A DNA stretch of 64,000 bases from the NCBI RefSeq assembly GCF_009914755.1, contig NC_060930.1; one strand, 5' to 3'. Made by a program: the position numbers and the translations under genes. Positions 13,444 through 28,354 of this stretch are shown here, piece after piece; position 1 is the stretch's first letter, and each line of letters begins with the position of its first letter. The notes under the pieces are model-generated. The model saw only the letters and a program-made list of their open reading frames with translations, made no database searches and was not told the origin of the DNA. Origin of the DNA: the human T2T-CHM13v2.0 reference genome, Homo sapiens.

Positions 13444-14326
13444 ACTCCAAATGGGTGCAACCAAAAATAAAGGTCTACCTCTTCCCCTAGCTTCCTGTTA
13501 GAGTATTATTTTCCTAGGAAAGGCAAGACATGAACACTTTGCATCCTGAACCCAGCTATACGTTACTGAGACTATGAGTTTAGCCAAATGATGGTGGTTT
13601 CTTCCATTCATTCTAAATCATGAGATGTAACCTCTACCTTGGGCATGGCACTACTGAGATCCTGGGGCCCTTGCTTTTGTTCCTAAGATAGTGATTCCAT
13701 ATCAGAAGACTTAGCAGGAAGATCTAAGGCTACTTTCCCTACTCTCCACCATGGGACACTCAGTTACTAAAGCAAGGTGTCACTTAGAGTGAAGAACACC
13801 ACTGTCTCCATATCAAACTCCAGAGATGTGGCTCAGAGATTTTGCCTGGAGGCTGGGGAGAAGCATGTCATAGAACACATAGCTCTTAATCTTCTCTCAA
13901 AGTAATTCTCTTTACATGCAATAGAATGTGGAGAAATTCAAGTCTAAGAGTGCTCTCAAAAGCAAGAGAGGTTGTAGTGAAAGGAAATTGGGAAGAGATG
14001 ACTGGATTCATTTGACATAGACAAAACTTTATGCCAGATACTTTGAGAGAACCAGAAAAAGAAATAAGTGGGAGGAGCCCACTTGGGATGAGAAAAAATA
14101 AAATCTCAAACAGTGTTCTCACAAATTATCCTTTCCAAGGAGCCTGAACTTGATTTGCTTTGTCTATGGATCAATTTATGATTCAGAATATTGCTGAAAA
14201 CTATAGAGCAATCAACTGGCAATTACTGGAACAGAACAGCTGAATGAGGTCAAGGAAAGAGTTCAAAGAGAGCTGTCAAAACCACTGTCATACCAGAATG
14301 ACTATGAGATAACCAAGGCTATGCCC

Positions 14327-15107
<781 letters not shown>

Positions 15108-15933
15108 TGCCCTGATCAGGCATAACAAGCATAACATCAGAGGGTTAAGTGGGGAGAGGAGTAGGTGCCACTAAAAAAACCCAGCTAGTAATAAATAAAT
15201 AAGCAATGAGCAAATACAAATAAACCTGGGAGAAGGTTACTCAGAGTTGCTATAATGTATTCTGTAAAATGTTCACTTTCCAAAGATCACAAGAAATATA
15301 TAATGAGATGTGCAAAAAAAAAAAAAAAAAAATGGCAGGCAACAAAAACTGCCTATGAGCGTAAACAGATGTCAGATTTAACAGTAATAGACTTCAAAAC
15401 ATCATTATAAATGTGTTCAAAGAATGAAAGAAAAGCACAGTTAAAGAATTCAAGGAAGATATGATGACAATATGTAACCAAATAGAAAGTATCAATAGAG
15501 CAATAGAAATTATGAAACAGAAGTAAAAATTCTGGACTAGAAAAGTATAATAATGGAGTGAAAAAATGTAGAAAGACAGCTCAGCAGTAGAGTTGAACTG
15601 GCAGAAGAAATAATTAGCAAATTTGGAGTTAGACTGATAGAGATTATTCAATCTGAATAACGAAGAGAAAAATGAAGAAAGAAATGAACAGAGGGCGTCT
15701 GGGAAATGTGGACATTATTCATCACATTAGCATAAGCATAGTGGGAGTACTAGAAGGAGAAGAGAAAGAAAAGAACACATAAAATATTTTAAAACTCAGT
15801 TAAAAACTTCCCAAAGTTATTGAAAAACAATAATTTACAGATCCTTGGAGCTCAACGAACTCCGAGTAGAGTAAATGCAAAGTGATCCACAAACACATCA
15901 CAGTAAAAATGCTGAAAGACAAAAAAAAATTTG

Positions 15934-16242
<309 letters not shown>

Positions 16243-16944
16243 TGAAAGTACCAAGAGAAGAAAAGAAAAGCCCAAAATCAAAACTCATCCCTTACAAGAG
16301 AACTCCAATAAAATTATCAACTGACTTCTCATTAGAAACAAGGGAAGCCTAAGGCAGTGCAATAGCATATCATATACAAAGTGGTCACAGACACGGTCAA
16401 CCAAAAGTCTGAAGCTGTATTTCAAAAATGAAAGTGAAATAGAAATATTACCCGATAATCACAAACTGAGAAAATTTGTTTTTAAAATAGACACCTTACA
16501 AAAATCACTAAAAAAACTTTTCTCAGGCTGTTAGCCCAGACAGGAATTTAGATCCATATACTCACACAAAAAAACAAAGAACCCTAGTAAAGGCAATTAC
16601 ATAATTATAAAAGACAGTATGAATGCATATTTCTTCTGTCTTTGCTAAATTGATTTTAAAATGAATTGCTTAAAACACTCAAGAAGAAATAGATAATCTG
16701 AATTAACCTACATTAAGTGAAGGCTTTTAATTAATAATCAAAACGCTACCCACAAAGAAAGCTCAGGCCTAGTTGACTACACTGCTGAATTACACCACAC
16801 ATTTAAAAAAGAATTAATACCAAATCTTCGCAGGCTCTTCTAAAAAGTTGAATAGAAGGGAATACTTCCCAGCTCATTCGATGAGTTCAGTATTACCCTG
16901 ACACCAAAATTAGATAAAGAGCTCACAAGAAAAGAAAAATCACA

Positions 16945-17032
16945 TGCCCATTTTAAAATTACTTATTTTCTTGCTATGGAGTTATGTGACTTCCTAATAT
17001 ATTTTGGATATTAATTCCTTATCAGATATATG
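16945..17032 (-). mobile_element. Short inverted L1 ORF2 3'-region fragment
   Basis: tgcccatttt...atattttggatattaattccttatcagatatatg is antisense L1, set inside sense L1. Confidence 0.65.
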
Positions 17033-17402
17033 TTAACAAAAGAAGAACAGCTATACTCTGAAAATTATAAAGCATTATTCAAAAAATTAAATACTTAAAT
17101 GAATTTAAAAAATCCAATGTTTATGGACCAGAAAACTTAATATTGTTAAGATATCAATATTCCTCAATTTGATCTGCAACTTTAACTCAATCTCTGTCGG
17201 AATTCCAACTGATTGATTGGTAGAAATGGACAAACTGATTCTAAAATTTGTATGAAATTGCAAGGGACCCAAAATAAACAAATTTTTAAAAGAACATAAT
17301 AGGATGACTTATGCTTCCTGATTTCAAAACTTACTATGCAGCAACAGTAATCAAGACAGTGTGGTAATGTCATGAGGACAGACATATAGTTCAAAGGAAT
17401 AG

Positions 17403-17770
<368 letters not shown>

Positions 17771-17781
17771 GGTCAACTGAT

Positions 17782-17918
17782 TTTCTGAAAGAGTGCCAAA
17801 TTCCATCATTGGAGAAAAAGTCTTTCAACAAGTGATACGAACCACTAATTTCTGAAAGAGTGCCAAATTCCATCATTGGAGAAAAAGTCTTTCAACAAGT
17901 GATACGAACCACTAATTT
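17782..17918. repeat. Perfect 67-bp tandem duplication
   Basis: 17782-17848 is identical to 17849-17915; TTT microhomology. Confidence 0.97.
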
Positions 17919-18287
17919 GTCTCTAATAAAAACAAACAAGCAAACAAAACAAACAAAAAACAAGTTGTACTAAGAAAACTGAATAGTCACATGCAAAATA
18001 ATAAAATTAAACTCTTACCTCCTACTGTATACAAAAATTAACTGAAAATAAATCTGTGACCTAAATGTTAAGAGTTAAAGCAATGGAACTCTTAGAAGAA
18101 AAGCAGAGGAAAATTTTCCTGACCTTAGATTTAGCAGTGCATTCTTAGAAATGAAACAAAACCATGAGAAACCAATAAAATTGATAAATTTTATTTAACT
18201 TGATATTGAAATTTTATTTAACTTGATAAATTGATAAATTGAACTTTATCAAAATAAAAAAAAACTTGTGTTTCGACAGACATTATT

Positions 18288-18651
18288 TTCCTTTAGCTTT
18301 TATTTTAAGTTCAGGGATACTTGTGCAGGTTTGTTATATAGGTAAACTTGTGTCATGCAGGTTTGTTATACAAATTATTTCATCACCCAGGTATTAAGCC
18401 TCGTACCCATTACTTATTTTTCCTGATCCTCACCCACCTCCCAACCTCTACCCTCTGAGGGTCCCCCGTGTGCGTTGTTCCCCTCTATGTGTCTGTGTGT
18501 TCTCATAATTTAGCTCCCATTTATAAGCAAGAACATGCAGTATTTCGTTTTCTGTTGCTGTGTTAATTCGTTAAGGATAATGGCCTCTAGCGCCATCCAT
18601 GTCCTTGAAAAGGACATGATCTCATTCTTTTTGTGGCTGCATAGTATTCCA
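18288..18651 (-). mobile_element. 5'-truncated L1PA (older L1PA, ~PA13-16-like) 3' end
   Basis: ttttattttaagttcaggg..tttcatcacccaggtattaagcct..; TSD ttc(g/a)acagacattatt at 18272-87 and 18652-67. Confidence 0.9.
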
Positions 18652-19712
18652 TTCAACAGACATTATTAAGAAAGGGAGAAGGCAACCCGCAGAATGGGAA
18701 AATATTTGCAAATCATATATCTGATCTGAAAGTTTTATCTATATTAAATACTATTACAACTCAATAAAGTAAATAAGAAAGTCAAAAATCTCATGAAAAA
18801 TGGGTAAAAGATCAAAATAGAAATTTCCCCGTGGAAGATATATGAAAGCCAATAAGCACTTGCAAGTATTTCATGTCATTAATCATAAGGGAACTGCAAA
18901 TCCAAACCACAGTGGAATAGCTCTTTCCGCCCATTAGAATGACATGTACATTGGAGACGTGAAAACATATGTCCAAGCAAAAACTTGTACTTGGATGTTT
19001 ATAGCACATTATTCACAATAGTGAAAAGATGGGAACAACCCAAATAAATATTTATCAGTTGAACAATGGATGTAAAAAATATGTATATCCTTGCAATGGA
19101 ATAACAATATATGTTATAGCATGAATGGCACTTGAAAAGATTATACCGAGTGGAAGAAGCTAGTCACAAAATAATACATATTATATGATGCCATTTATAT
19201 TCAATGTCCAGAGTAGGCAAATTTATGAGACAGAATCCATATTAGTGTTTGCTTAGGTTTGAGGACCTAGGGTAATGTTGAATAAAGAGTGTGGGGTTTC
19301 TTTTTGAGGTGAAGTAATTATTCAATAACTGACTGAAGATAGTTGTGCATATTTGTGAAAACACTAAAAAAATTGAATTGCACACATTAAATGGATGAAT
19401 AGCATGGCATGGGATCTGCATCTAAATATAAATGTTTGTAAAAAGAAACTGAAAAAATAACTTTTTGATAGACTCATTTATAGGCCTATAACCATAGCTA
19501 ACCACTTATATTTATCTACATTGGATGCTAATATTTTTCTTATAACAGAGACCCTGTTTATGATATATTTTCAATTCCCATCACTTCCACTCTGTCAAGC
19601 ACAATCTCTTCATAAATTACATCTTCAAAAATATATGGAACTAGTATTATTGTGTATTTGTTAGGAATGTAGTTAGGAAATGGGACTTACATATCTAATA
19701 TCCTGCAAAACA

Positions 19713-19757
19713 TTTGGTTGGTGCAAAAGTAATTGCTTTTTTTGCATCACTTTTAAT
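19713..19757 (+). mobile_element. MADE1 (Hsmar1-derived MITE) half element
   Basis: ggttggtgcaaaagtaattgc..ttttgc..acttttaat matches one arm of MADE1. Confidence 0.8.
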
Positions 19758-19759
19758 AA

Positions 19760-19960
19760 GATCAACTGTGGTTCCAGTTGTGTCTTTGCTATTTACCATT
19801 TGTTAACTTTGGAATGTCATTTATCATTTCTAAGACGTAATTTCATATTTATAAACTTGATACCATGTATGTATCTTACCAACTTGTTTTATCTTAGAGA
19901 TGAATGGGACAGTGTATATTTAAGGATTCACCTTGGGTTTGATGGATAATAAACGTTAAC
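19760..19960 (+). mobile_element. MIR remnant
   Basis: Degenerate MIR core (ggttcc..ctttgctatttacc..tcatttatcatttctaag..tttcatatttataaa). Confidence 0.5.
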
Positions 19961-20116
19961 TGTCTACCCACATTATCCTTTAAATGTTAAAGATATCATA
20001 GCCATCTTTTTGCACAGATTGAATAGATAGGGATCCATAAAAAGGATGATTTTGTATTTCATAACCTGCTTTTATTAGTGTAAATATAAGATGATCTTTT
20101 TAAAAAGTTATTTATC

Positions 20117-20245
20117 TCCCAGCTACTCAGGAGGCTAAGGCAGGAGAATCCCTTGATCCCAGAGGTGGAGGTTTCAGTGAACAGAGATCATGCCACTGCA
20201 CTCCAGCCTGGACGACAGAGTGAGACTCTGTCTCAAAAAAAAAAA
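20117..20245 (+). mobile_element. 5'-truncated Alu (right arm only)
   Basis: tcccagctactcaggaggct...gtctc plus A11; TSD aaaaa(g)ttatttatc. Confidence 0.93.
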
Positions 20246-21363
20246 TTATTTATCCAGGAGATGTTATAACTCAAATAACTATGAATTACAACAGAAACTT
20301 TTTTTGTTTTTGCAAAATTAGAATAAGTAACTTGATTTAATTCTCACATTTATGATTAATCTGTTGTGTGAATGTCATAATGATCAGTCATTAAATTTCA
20401 GTTTTCTGAATAGTAAACTCTGAGCAACTGAATATAGTTGAAGATGAAAAATAGAAATTTATGACTAAGTGATCATTTTTTAAAAGTTATATCCTCATCT
20501 AAAGTTTAAACATTATTTTATAAATATTAGATTTTTGCCTCTGTTGTGATAAGTGTTTCCTTAATCTAGTAACTAGATAATGATACTCAAGTAATTTTTC
20601 TCCCACTTCAGAAAATAAATGCATGTGTATTTGCTATTTCCCTGACAATAATGCAAAATCTTTGTAAAATCTCAGTAATTTGTAGGCATTGAGGATCAAG
20701 TCAGTCTGAATTACTGGGAGAAAACATCAATTATTTCTAAGCTTAGTTGGACCTGCAGTGATGAATAAACATGGGTCTGGAGTACTTAAAAATGAGTATA
20801 TTATATTTTAAAAGTTAACTATTTTTTGATCTTGTAACTTGATATTGATTGGCTTAGAAAGCTTTGTTCTTCTTATATTGTAGGACAGTGAACTTTATTC
20901 TAGCGCATGTTAAATAATCACAATCAAACATATGCTATATTTTTCATGTTTATTTGGCTAGCATTGAATTAGGATTCCTTTAGTTTCAAATTTTAACACA
21001 TACAGCTATAAACCGCTTCAATACAGTAGGAGGGCAATTGTGTTTTATTACATACCTCTTGACTTCTTGTCTCAGTTGCCTCTCCTCCTCTCAGTAAATG
21101 TTAGTTGAAGGTAATTCCACCATTAGAGCCCTCTCAATGGCAACATTCTTTATCCTGTAATATTAATGGGGCCCATAACTATGACACATAACTCAGACTT
21201 TTTATTTCAGCAATTTTCTATCCTATTTACTTTAACTGGCACCCCTAGAGTTACAGGGCTTTATTGGCTTAGTTTAAATGTGCTATTGTTACTTATGGGT
21301 TAAGCAGGTAGGCTGATTGCATTAATAAAAATTGATAAGTAGGCAGGTTATCCTTCCTAATTT

Positions 21364-21377
21364 ATTTCCATGGCAAC
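21364..21377. promoter_or_regulatory. RFX X-box-like site
   Basis: ATTTCCATGGCAAC, 13/14 match to GTTTCCATGGCAAC. Confidence 0.35.
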
Positions 21378-21791
21378 AGACAAGCAAACCTGCCTTGTTT
21401 CTCAGGAGCAGAATGCTAATAATCAAATGTGCCTTACTCAGATGAATATAGAACACAGTTTACTAATATAAATGTCTTGACATTGTGTGTTTTACTGAAG
21501 AAAAATACATATTAATTCTGCATCTAAGTTACATGATGGATATGCTCAGGAGAGCGAAAAAATGAGAATGTTCCCTCGAAACATCAGAATTGTTCATTAA
21601 AGTAATGTATTTTAAATAGTGTGTACACTGAACAATTTAATTCTCTGACATTCACATTGTTTATTTCAGGAGGTGCTTTTATTACAGAAAAATGTCTTAA
21701 TGCATAGTTATTTTGACATCTCAGAAAATAATGGATCCCACACAAGAGTTGAATTAAGCAATAATCCCTGGGAAAGTGGTCATTACTAGCA

Positions 21792-21804
21792 GTTAATGAT
21801 TGGT
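21792..21804 (+). promoter_or_regulatory. HNF1-like site
   Basis: GTTAATGATTGGT compared with consensus GTTAATNATTAAC; second GTTAAT at 21811. Confidence 0.3.
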
Positions 21805-24539
21805 TTGTTAGTTAATGGCCCAAGGCAAAGCTGAGGGCGGTTAAGACTCTAACAAACGAGTTGTGAATTGTAGCAATGGCTTGTGAATTGTAGTAGTGAA
21901 GGATTTTAAAGGATTTTTCCCCTGGTTATAAACCACCTTTAATGGTTTATGATAGCAATAACGTGCTTTTTAAGACTAATTTTAACATTGGACAGTCTGA
22001 ATTACCTGATATTTCTAGTAAACTGACAGCTGATTTTCTACTGATATTTCCTAGTGCTATAAATTTGTAGGTGTGATATATTTTTAGAATGTAGGTACTT
22101 ATACCCATATATTGTTCATTTGTTCAAAATGAATGCAATGTTAAGCTCAATACAAATAGCATTCTTCTTTAGTGGTTTTCTAGGTTACAAATATTACGTG
22201 CATTCCTGGTAGTGATAATTGTATATTTTCTTTAGGTTTCTTGGCTGGCAAGTTTTGACCTGTGATATTAGTTTAACTTTATCTTGAAATGAGATCACCC
22301 ACAGAGTTTTTACTTGAAAGGCTTTAAGATTACAGAATGGGCTCTTGAATTTCCCACACCCCCACAGCTCTCAAAGGAAGAAAATACTAGTGGCCCTCCC
22401 GTTAGCTTGCAACCACGTTTTCATGTGTTCATGAGTAATTTAACAGAATAAATGTGCTATATTCAGAATTTCTTTACCTAACATCAGTGATATCTTATCA
22501 CTTCTCTTTTTTAATCTGCAGGAAATTAGACTTCATTAGTCTGGGTACTTGCCTCACAAAACTACATGTAATGAAACTATAATAGCTTCTGGGATCCAGG
22601 ATGGCTTCCTCCGCTTTCAGAAAAACACTATATTCAGCTTCAATTAAGTCTAGGCCTGCATAACTGACAACCACAACCAGTCAACTGGTGAATTGATGGG
22701 AGGATCAAACTGATAATTTGGCTCTCTAGATATATTTTTGAAAAAAAATTAATTGATTTCTTTTAAAATGAGTTTTTTCAAATCCATTGAGTTACATTTT
22801 GTAGGTATCAGCTAGAATTTGGAATTGACTTCAATCAGAGGGGTCATGTGGAGGAGGGATTAGTCTAATTCTATATACGTGCAATAGGCACATATTATCA
22901 AATTAAATTATTTGATTAAAATTCTCCCATAAAACCACAGTATCTTATTCAAGTGTTCTACCATTTACATATAGGGATTTGCCTTTGTGCAAAGAACATC
23001 CTGTGGGAGAAATATTTTGATCCAAAACAAAATAACAATCTCTCCCTTTCTTTTCTCTCTCCCCCCACCTCTGTGCACATGCATGTGTGTGCACACACAC
23101 ACATCTATGCATTTATTCAGCAACTAACATTTGGTGAAAGAAATGGTATATTCTTAAATTTACACATGAATAAAATGAGAATCATGCAAGCTAAACTGAC
23201 GTATACACTGTCACACAAAAACAAGTAGCAAATCTGAGATTTAAAGTATTGATGTTGTTAATTCAAGTCATATGTTTGTTCATATTACATAAAAACATCA
23301 AACGAAAATTAGAATTAAATTGGAAAACGATATTAAACACAATAAAAACAATCTTTTAAAAATAGTGTAATAGTTTGAAGCTAATATTTTATGATTAAGA
23401 GCCAATGATTATTATTACTAAAAGAATACTTACCATTCTAATGTGTCATTATTAAAGCATTTTTCCCTCTGAGAATAATTTAGTTTTATGAATATTCTAA
23501 ACACTGTAAGAATCTCCACATGCTCCATGATACATTTTAACTTCAGTATCAAATGGAAATCAATTAAGGCTCAATATATTTAGCTTTTATCTGAGGTCAG
23601 AATGGGCCCCAGGGAGTCATCCAAATCCTACATAGTGTTGACATCTAATTTTTATGTGCAGACAGAAGTAAAGATTTGGGTACTTGAGGATTCGTCAATT
23701 TATGCTGCATTTTCCAATCTTATTCTTATTCACTAAATTTATTATTCATTGGTATTGTTTTTTCTTAATAATGCTTATTTGTGTTCTGAAGAAACAAAAT
23801 ACTTGACATTAGATAAAGAATTGATGATACGTAAATAATGACTATTAGCCCAATAAAGACATGCTGTCAGCAGAATATCTTCCATCTCTTTCTAACTTAA
23901 TTGGGAATGCAATGCAGTGTGTACGTTATGTTGCTGCAATTAATTCAAATCATTCCTAATTGGGATCTCTTAAATAACTCCCTCCTGGGTCTAGAGAGGA
24001 AATTGAATCAAGCATTAAATCAGGAAGTCATCTTTATCTTTAAATATATTGTTATTCATAATCAAATATGCTGATATTGATGTTGCCAAAGATTAAGAAA
24101 AAGATCTTTTTTAGTACTTTGTAATTAAGGAAGTACTAGTTGGTAAAATCATGGTTAACTGATAGTGGTAAAAACCAATGAAATATTAAATGCATATTGA
24201 TTACTGTGGGCAAATGGAATTGCTTACTTGAAGTATTTAGGATACAGAACTAATGATGAAAATACAAACCTATAGACAACAGGAGCTGATTTAATAACCA
24301 GATGAGTAACAATAGATCTCATTACTGTGAATGATGTTGTAGAAATAGGGATACGGAGGAGACAGTATTCAGGGCCAAACATATAATGAGAAAGGAAGTT
24401 CAGTGTTGAAATAGTAATAATAATTCTATGATGAAAAAAAGCAATGCCTTCCCAGAGGAACCACAGTGGGAGAAAAAGAAATAAAGAAGAATGCATAGTC
24501 CATAATGGAGAGCATTCCTAATCTAATGCTCAGAGCACA

Positions 24540-24830
24540 CCTGGGAAATTAAATTACCTTCTAGGTACCATATTTTCAAAAGGTATTGAGGAAGATAAAG
24601 GCTGCAGAACTGATGCCATAAAATAGACAGGTAAAGGACCTGTAATTATTTCATGTAAAACAGAAAACTGGGGTGAGATGGTCACTTCTAAATATTTAAA
24701 AATTTGTAACTTGGAAGAATTACACTTACATTATTCTTCCCTGCAATTCAGTTAGGAAACAATCCATAGGAATTACATGGAGGCAAATTTAGCTCAATGT
24801 AAAGATATTATTTTTACCATTAGTAAAACT
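24540..24830 (+). mobile_element. CR1/L3 remnant
   Basis: ttctaaatatttaaaa..ggaagaatt..ggaggcaaatttagctcaatgtaaag resembles the L3 3' region. Confidence 0.5.
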
Positions 24831-25339
24831 ATCCCAAACAAATTCATGTAAAAGTTTAATGATGCAATATGCTATAAACATTTAAGATGAAACTAAATAA
24901 TTTCTTCTATCCCTACTGATTTCTTGCCATACTATCTTACGTCTTGAGAGCTTTACCTGCTGAAAGAGAGGTTTTTGGGAGTCCTGAGCCAGCTTGGAGA
25001 AATTTAACCAGAGATGACACAGAACAGCGATTATTTCAGCATAGCCCTTAAACTCCAGGGATATGCTAAGGTTACTCCAGCATGTTTGGGTAAGGAAGAA
25101 GGGAGGTAAGCTGAGGCAGAGTACATACTTCAACCAAATATGTTTATGAGCACAGCTTCTACCATGGCTTCTGTCAGTTCCATTTTGACTGTTGCAAGTC
25201 ACTTCACCTCTCTGAGCTCAATTTCCTAAGTACCAGATAATGATGGCATTAACTGATGTCGTGACTATTTGAGTTGGCTTGGGTGGTATCAGATGAGATA
25301 TTGGTTGATAGGTAAGAAAGTTACTACGTGTGACTCTGA

Positions 25340-26325
25340 GTTCACACATCTGAGGGTGTGCACAGGCATGCTGGCTCCTCACTAGAACTATGTTATTTTC
25401 TACCTGTGCACACAGATGTCTCTATTTCCCAGCATCCATGTGGCCTGAAACTGAGTTCTATACAAGAGAAAGATGGTATGTGCTATCCTCAGGTCTGGTC
25501 CATAGATCCTTCCCACACGATCCTCTTTGCTTTTTTTTTTTTTTTTTTTCCATTCTGGCTAGATAGGATGGATCCCTGGGGAAATTTGGAAATCAGGTGT
25601 CAAAGATTGAGCCTCAGGATGCAAAGAGTCATTTGGAGGAGAATAGCAACATTTGTGGATTTATGTGAGCCAGAAATAAAGTGCAAATTTATTAATTCAC
25701 TGATGTCTTGGAGTTGCTGTAGATGTTGTTATCCTAACTAATATGGAAATGAGTTAGAATGTGATATTGCCGGCCAAAACCTAAAAATGATAATATTGAC
25801 CTAGGCACTGGGGTGCAGATTACAAGGAAATTGATGTTGGAGGATGGGAAGATGGAGACCTATGTTATGTGACAAAATATTTAGTAAGTAGGTTGCCTTT
25901 GATGACTTTTAAATTGGACCGTGTTCATGCTAAGGTCTCAGCACTGAATACAGAGTTAGGAAGAGATGTGCATATCACGCCATTTCATAAAATTTCTATT
26001 ATACAAATACAATAGAAGTTAATAACCACTACAGCAGAGATATTAGTAGCATTATTAGGATGTGATGGATTTTGATTATTAATTAGATTTGTTTTTAATA
26101 TAATTTAATTATGTGTTTATTTTAAAATAATGACTATGACTAACAATTGGCTCACACAATTACTGAAAATTAACTAGTCAGTTTTTGTGATCTGATGTGA
26201 ATCAGCTCAAGCACATAACTATATTTTCAACTTCGTAAGAATAAGAAATGAATTTTATCTGTTTTAAAACACTGGTATTGTGGGGTTTATCTGTGACCAC
26301 AAGTACCACTGAGCTAACAAATGCA
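25340..26325 (+). mobile_element. Old MLT1 LTR/internal fragments interrupted by a MER63-like hAT element (~25975-26218)
   Basis: tgtgagccagaaataaa..cctaactaata (MLT1 LTR end) followed by internal-like sequence; acaattggctcacacaattactgaaaatt..gctcaagcac resembles a MER63 terminus. Confidence 0.5.
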
Positions 26326-28354
26326 TGGGCTACATTCTTCATTCAGAAAGGGCGTGTAATTTCAACTTGTTCATGCTCCACTGGGTGATAGGGAGTCCCT
26401 GCTTTACAACATCTTTAATCTCTGAAATCTAAGGATCTTGCCTGTAGGTGGTATTTCTCCGGGCTCTAATAGAAACTTTCTTGCCCAAGTGTGTATAAGG
26501 TGGAAGTGTGATTGTCAAAATCCAAGTTTTGTAGCAAAATTGACATCTAGTAATGTAGAGTTAGATGCTTTTTCATTATCACAAGGCAACAGGACCATAA
26601 TGCTTAAATTCTGTGGATATTGTCCACATAGATAAATCAGGGGCTGCTGTAGTAACCTCAGAGCAACTAGCAAACAGAGAAAGAATGTTAGTTTACACAC
26701 CAGACATATGTCCCTGAAAGAATCCTATCTAGTAGTAGGTGTACTATGACACTGAGCAATGTACCTTGATACAATCTTTGAGAATTTCTGTAACATTAAA
26801 TTCTGAGGTTAAATCAAATAATTTTCATGTTAAAAGTCTTCACCCTGGCCCTGGCCCTGTAAGTCCTGACCATGAACCCACTTATTAATATATGGGAATC
26901 ACAACCAGCCAGGTCATAAAACCAAGCTATACATAAGAGTAAACATTCTAGGTAATTCTCTTTGCCTTATTTTCTACTTGCCTCTGTCTCCCTTCAGTTT
27001 TGAAAATCATTATCTGATTATCCTTCACCTCCCAAAGTAGGATAATATTTCCCATTGCATTTTTTACCCCACCCAACTCCCATCCTTGTGTAACCATCCA
27101 TTGGAAGAGGAGAAGAGGATGGCCTAAAGATTTGCTCCTATCTTCTGCGTGCTCTCCACAGGAGCTGTGCCTGGTCCTGTTGTCATTGGAAGCTCACACT
27201 TTTCTCACTATATTAAGTAAAAGACAGCTCCTGTTGGCATTTTCTCTGATGAATTCTGATATGATGTTCCCAGTGATAGTCCCCTTCTCTCTTCAACTTG
27301 CTATTTCAGCGTTTCCAGAATCAATATGCATATCTTGGATGCTTCTCCTGCTTTCCGGTAGGTGTCCAGTAATTTAATATGCAAATCCTCACTACCAAAG
27401 GCTTCTAAGCAAGTGACTGTTCACTGAGACATTGATACATGCCTTGGATAACCTTGCAGGGCAATGTTTTCAATGTTCCTCTTAACCCTTCTCATAGAGA
27501 TGTCCATTCTTAAAATAATCCTGAATTTTTTTCAAACCTACTTTAAAATGCTTTTTAGATAGACATCTAAACTTCTCAAAAAATCTGTAGTTTTGGCACT
27601 ACATCATATTTAGCCTAAGCTTTAAAAATTATACAGTTGCCTCTCCCAAAGAATTTACTTTCTTTAGGGTGTTTGTGCAGAGAGCTGGGCACATGGATAA
27701 ACTTTTAAATTATCTAATCAAATCTGGCTTGGTTATCTCTTCAAGTTTGAGAAAGACCACCCCACTCAAAGGATTTTTTTTTAAATTCTGGTTTCTATAA
27801 ATAGGTGCTGATTTTCTCTTCAACATTTGCCAAAATCACTTCCCAAGGAAATTCCAACTTATGTAATTGTAGGCATACCATACTGGGTAAATCTTAATTC
27901 TGTGTTCTATATAGAGTATGTCTTCTCTACAGAGCTTCTGTGCCAGTAGGGATTTTTTTTTTGACAAAGTCTCTCTGACTTTACTCAAATTTCTCAATTT
28001 GACTAGCAATTTGTCCATCATACTGAGGGTGCTCTTTTGCAGCAGAAAGTACTGGGCCATGGGAAGACCATTCCAACAAGCATGAATGTTTACAATTACT
28101 GATTACTGAGGACCCTCTCCCTCTTCCCTCTATTAATATATGGGCAGCATATAAAACCATGGGTGTAGACAAGGTAAATTTCTTACTTCCTGGAGACAAC
28201 TGGGCATATATTCATAGATTATTTGCCTTCTGGATTGCAATGGTGTTATGCCACCTGCCTCTGGGAGTATTCAAACAAAATTGATAAAAAGACCCATGGG
28301 TCTTCCTGAAGCCAATTTGGGGCCTTTCTGCTTTCTCAAGAATGATTGCTTCCT

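Noticed and set aside
14248-14270. AGGTCA-n7-AGTTCA pair
   Set aside because: Non-canonical spacing and lies inside L1-derived sequence.
17782-17918. Direct repeats as a CRISPR-like array
   Set aside because: Two adjacent copies with no spacers in eukaryotic L1 sequence; a simple tandem duplication.
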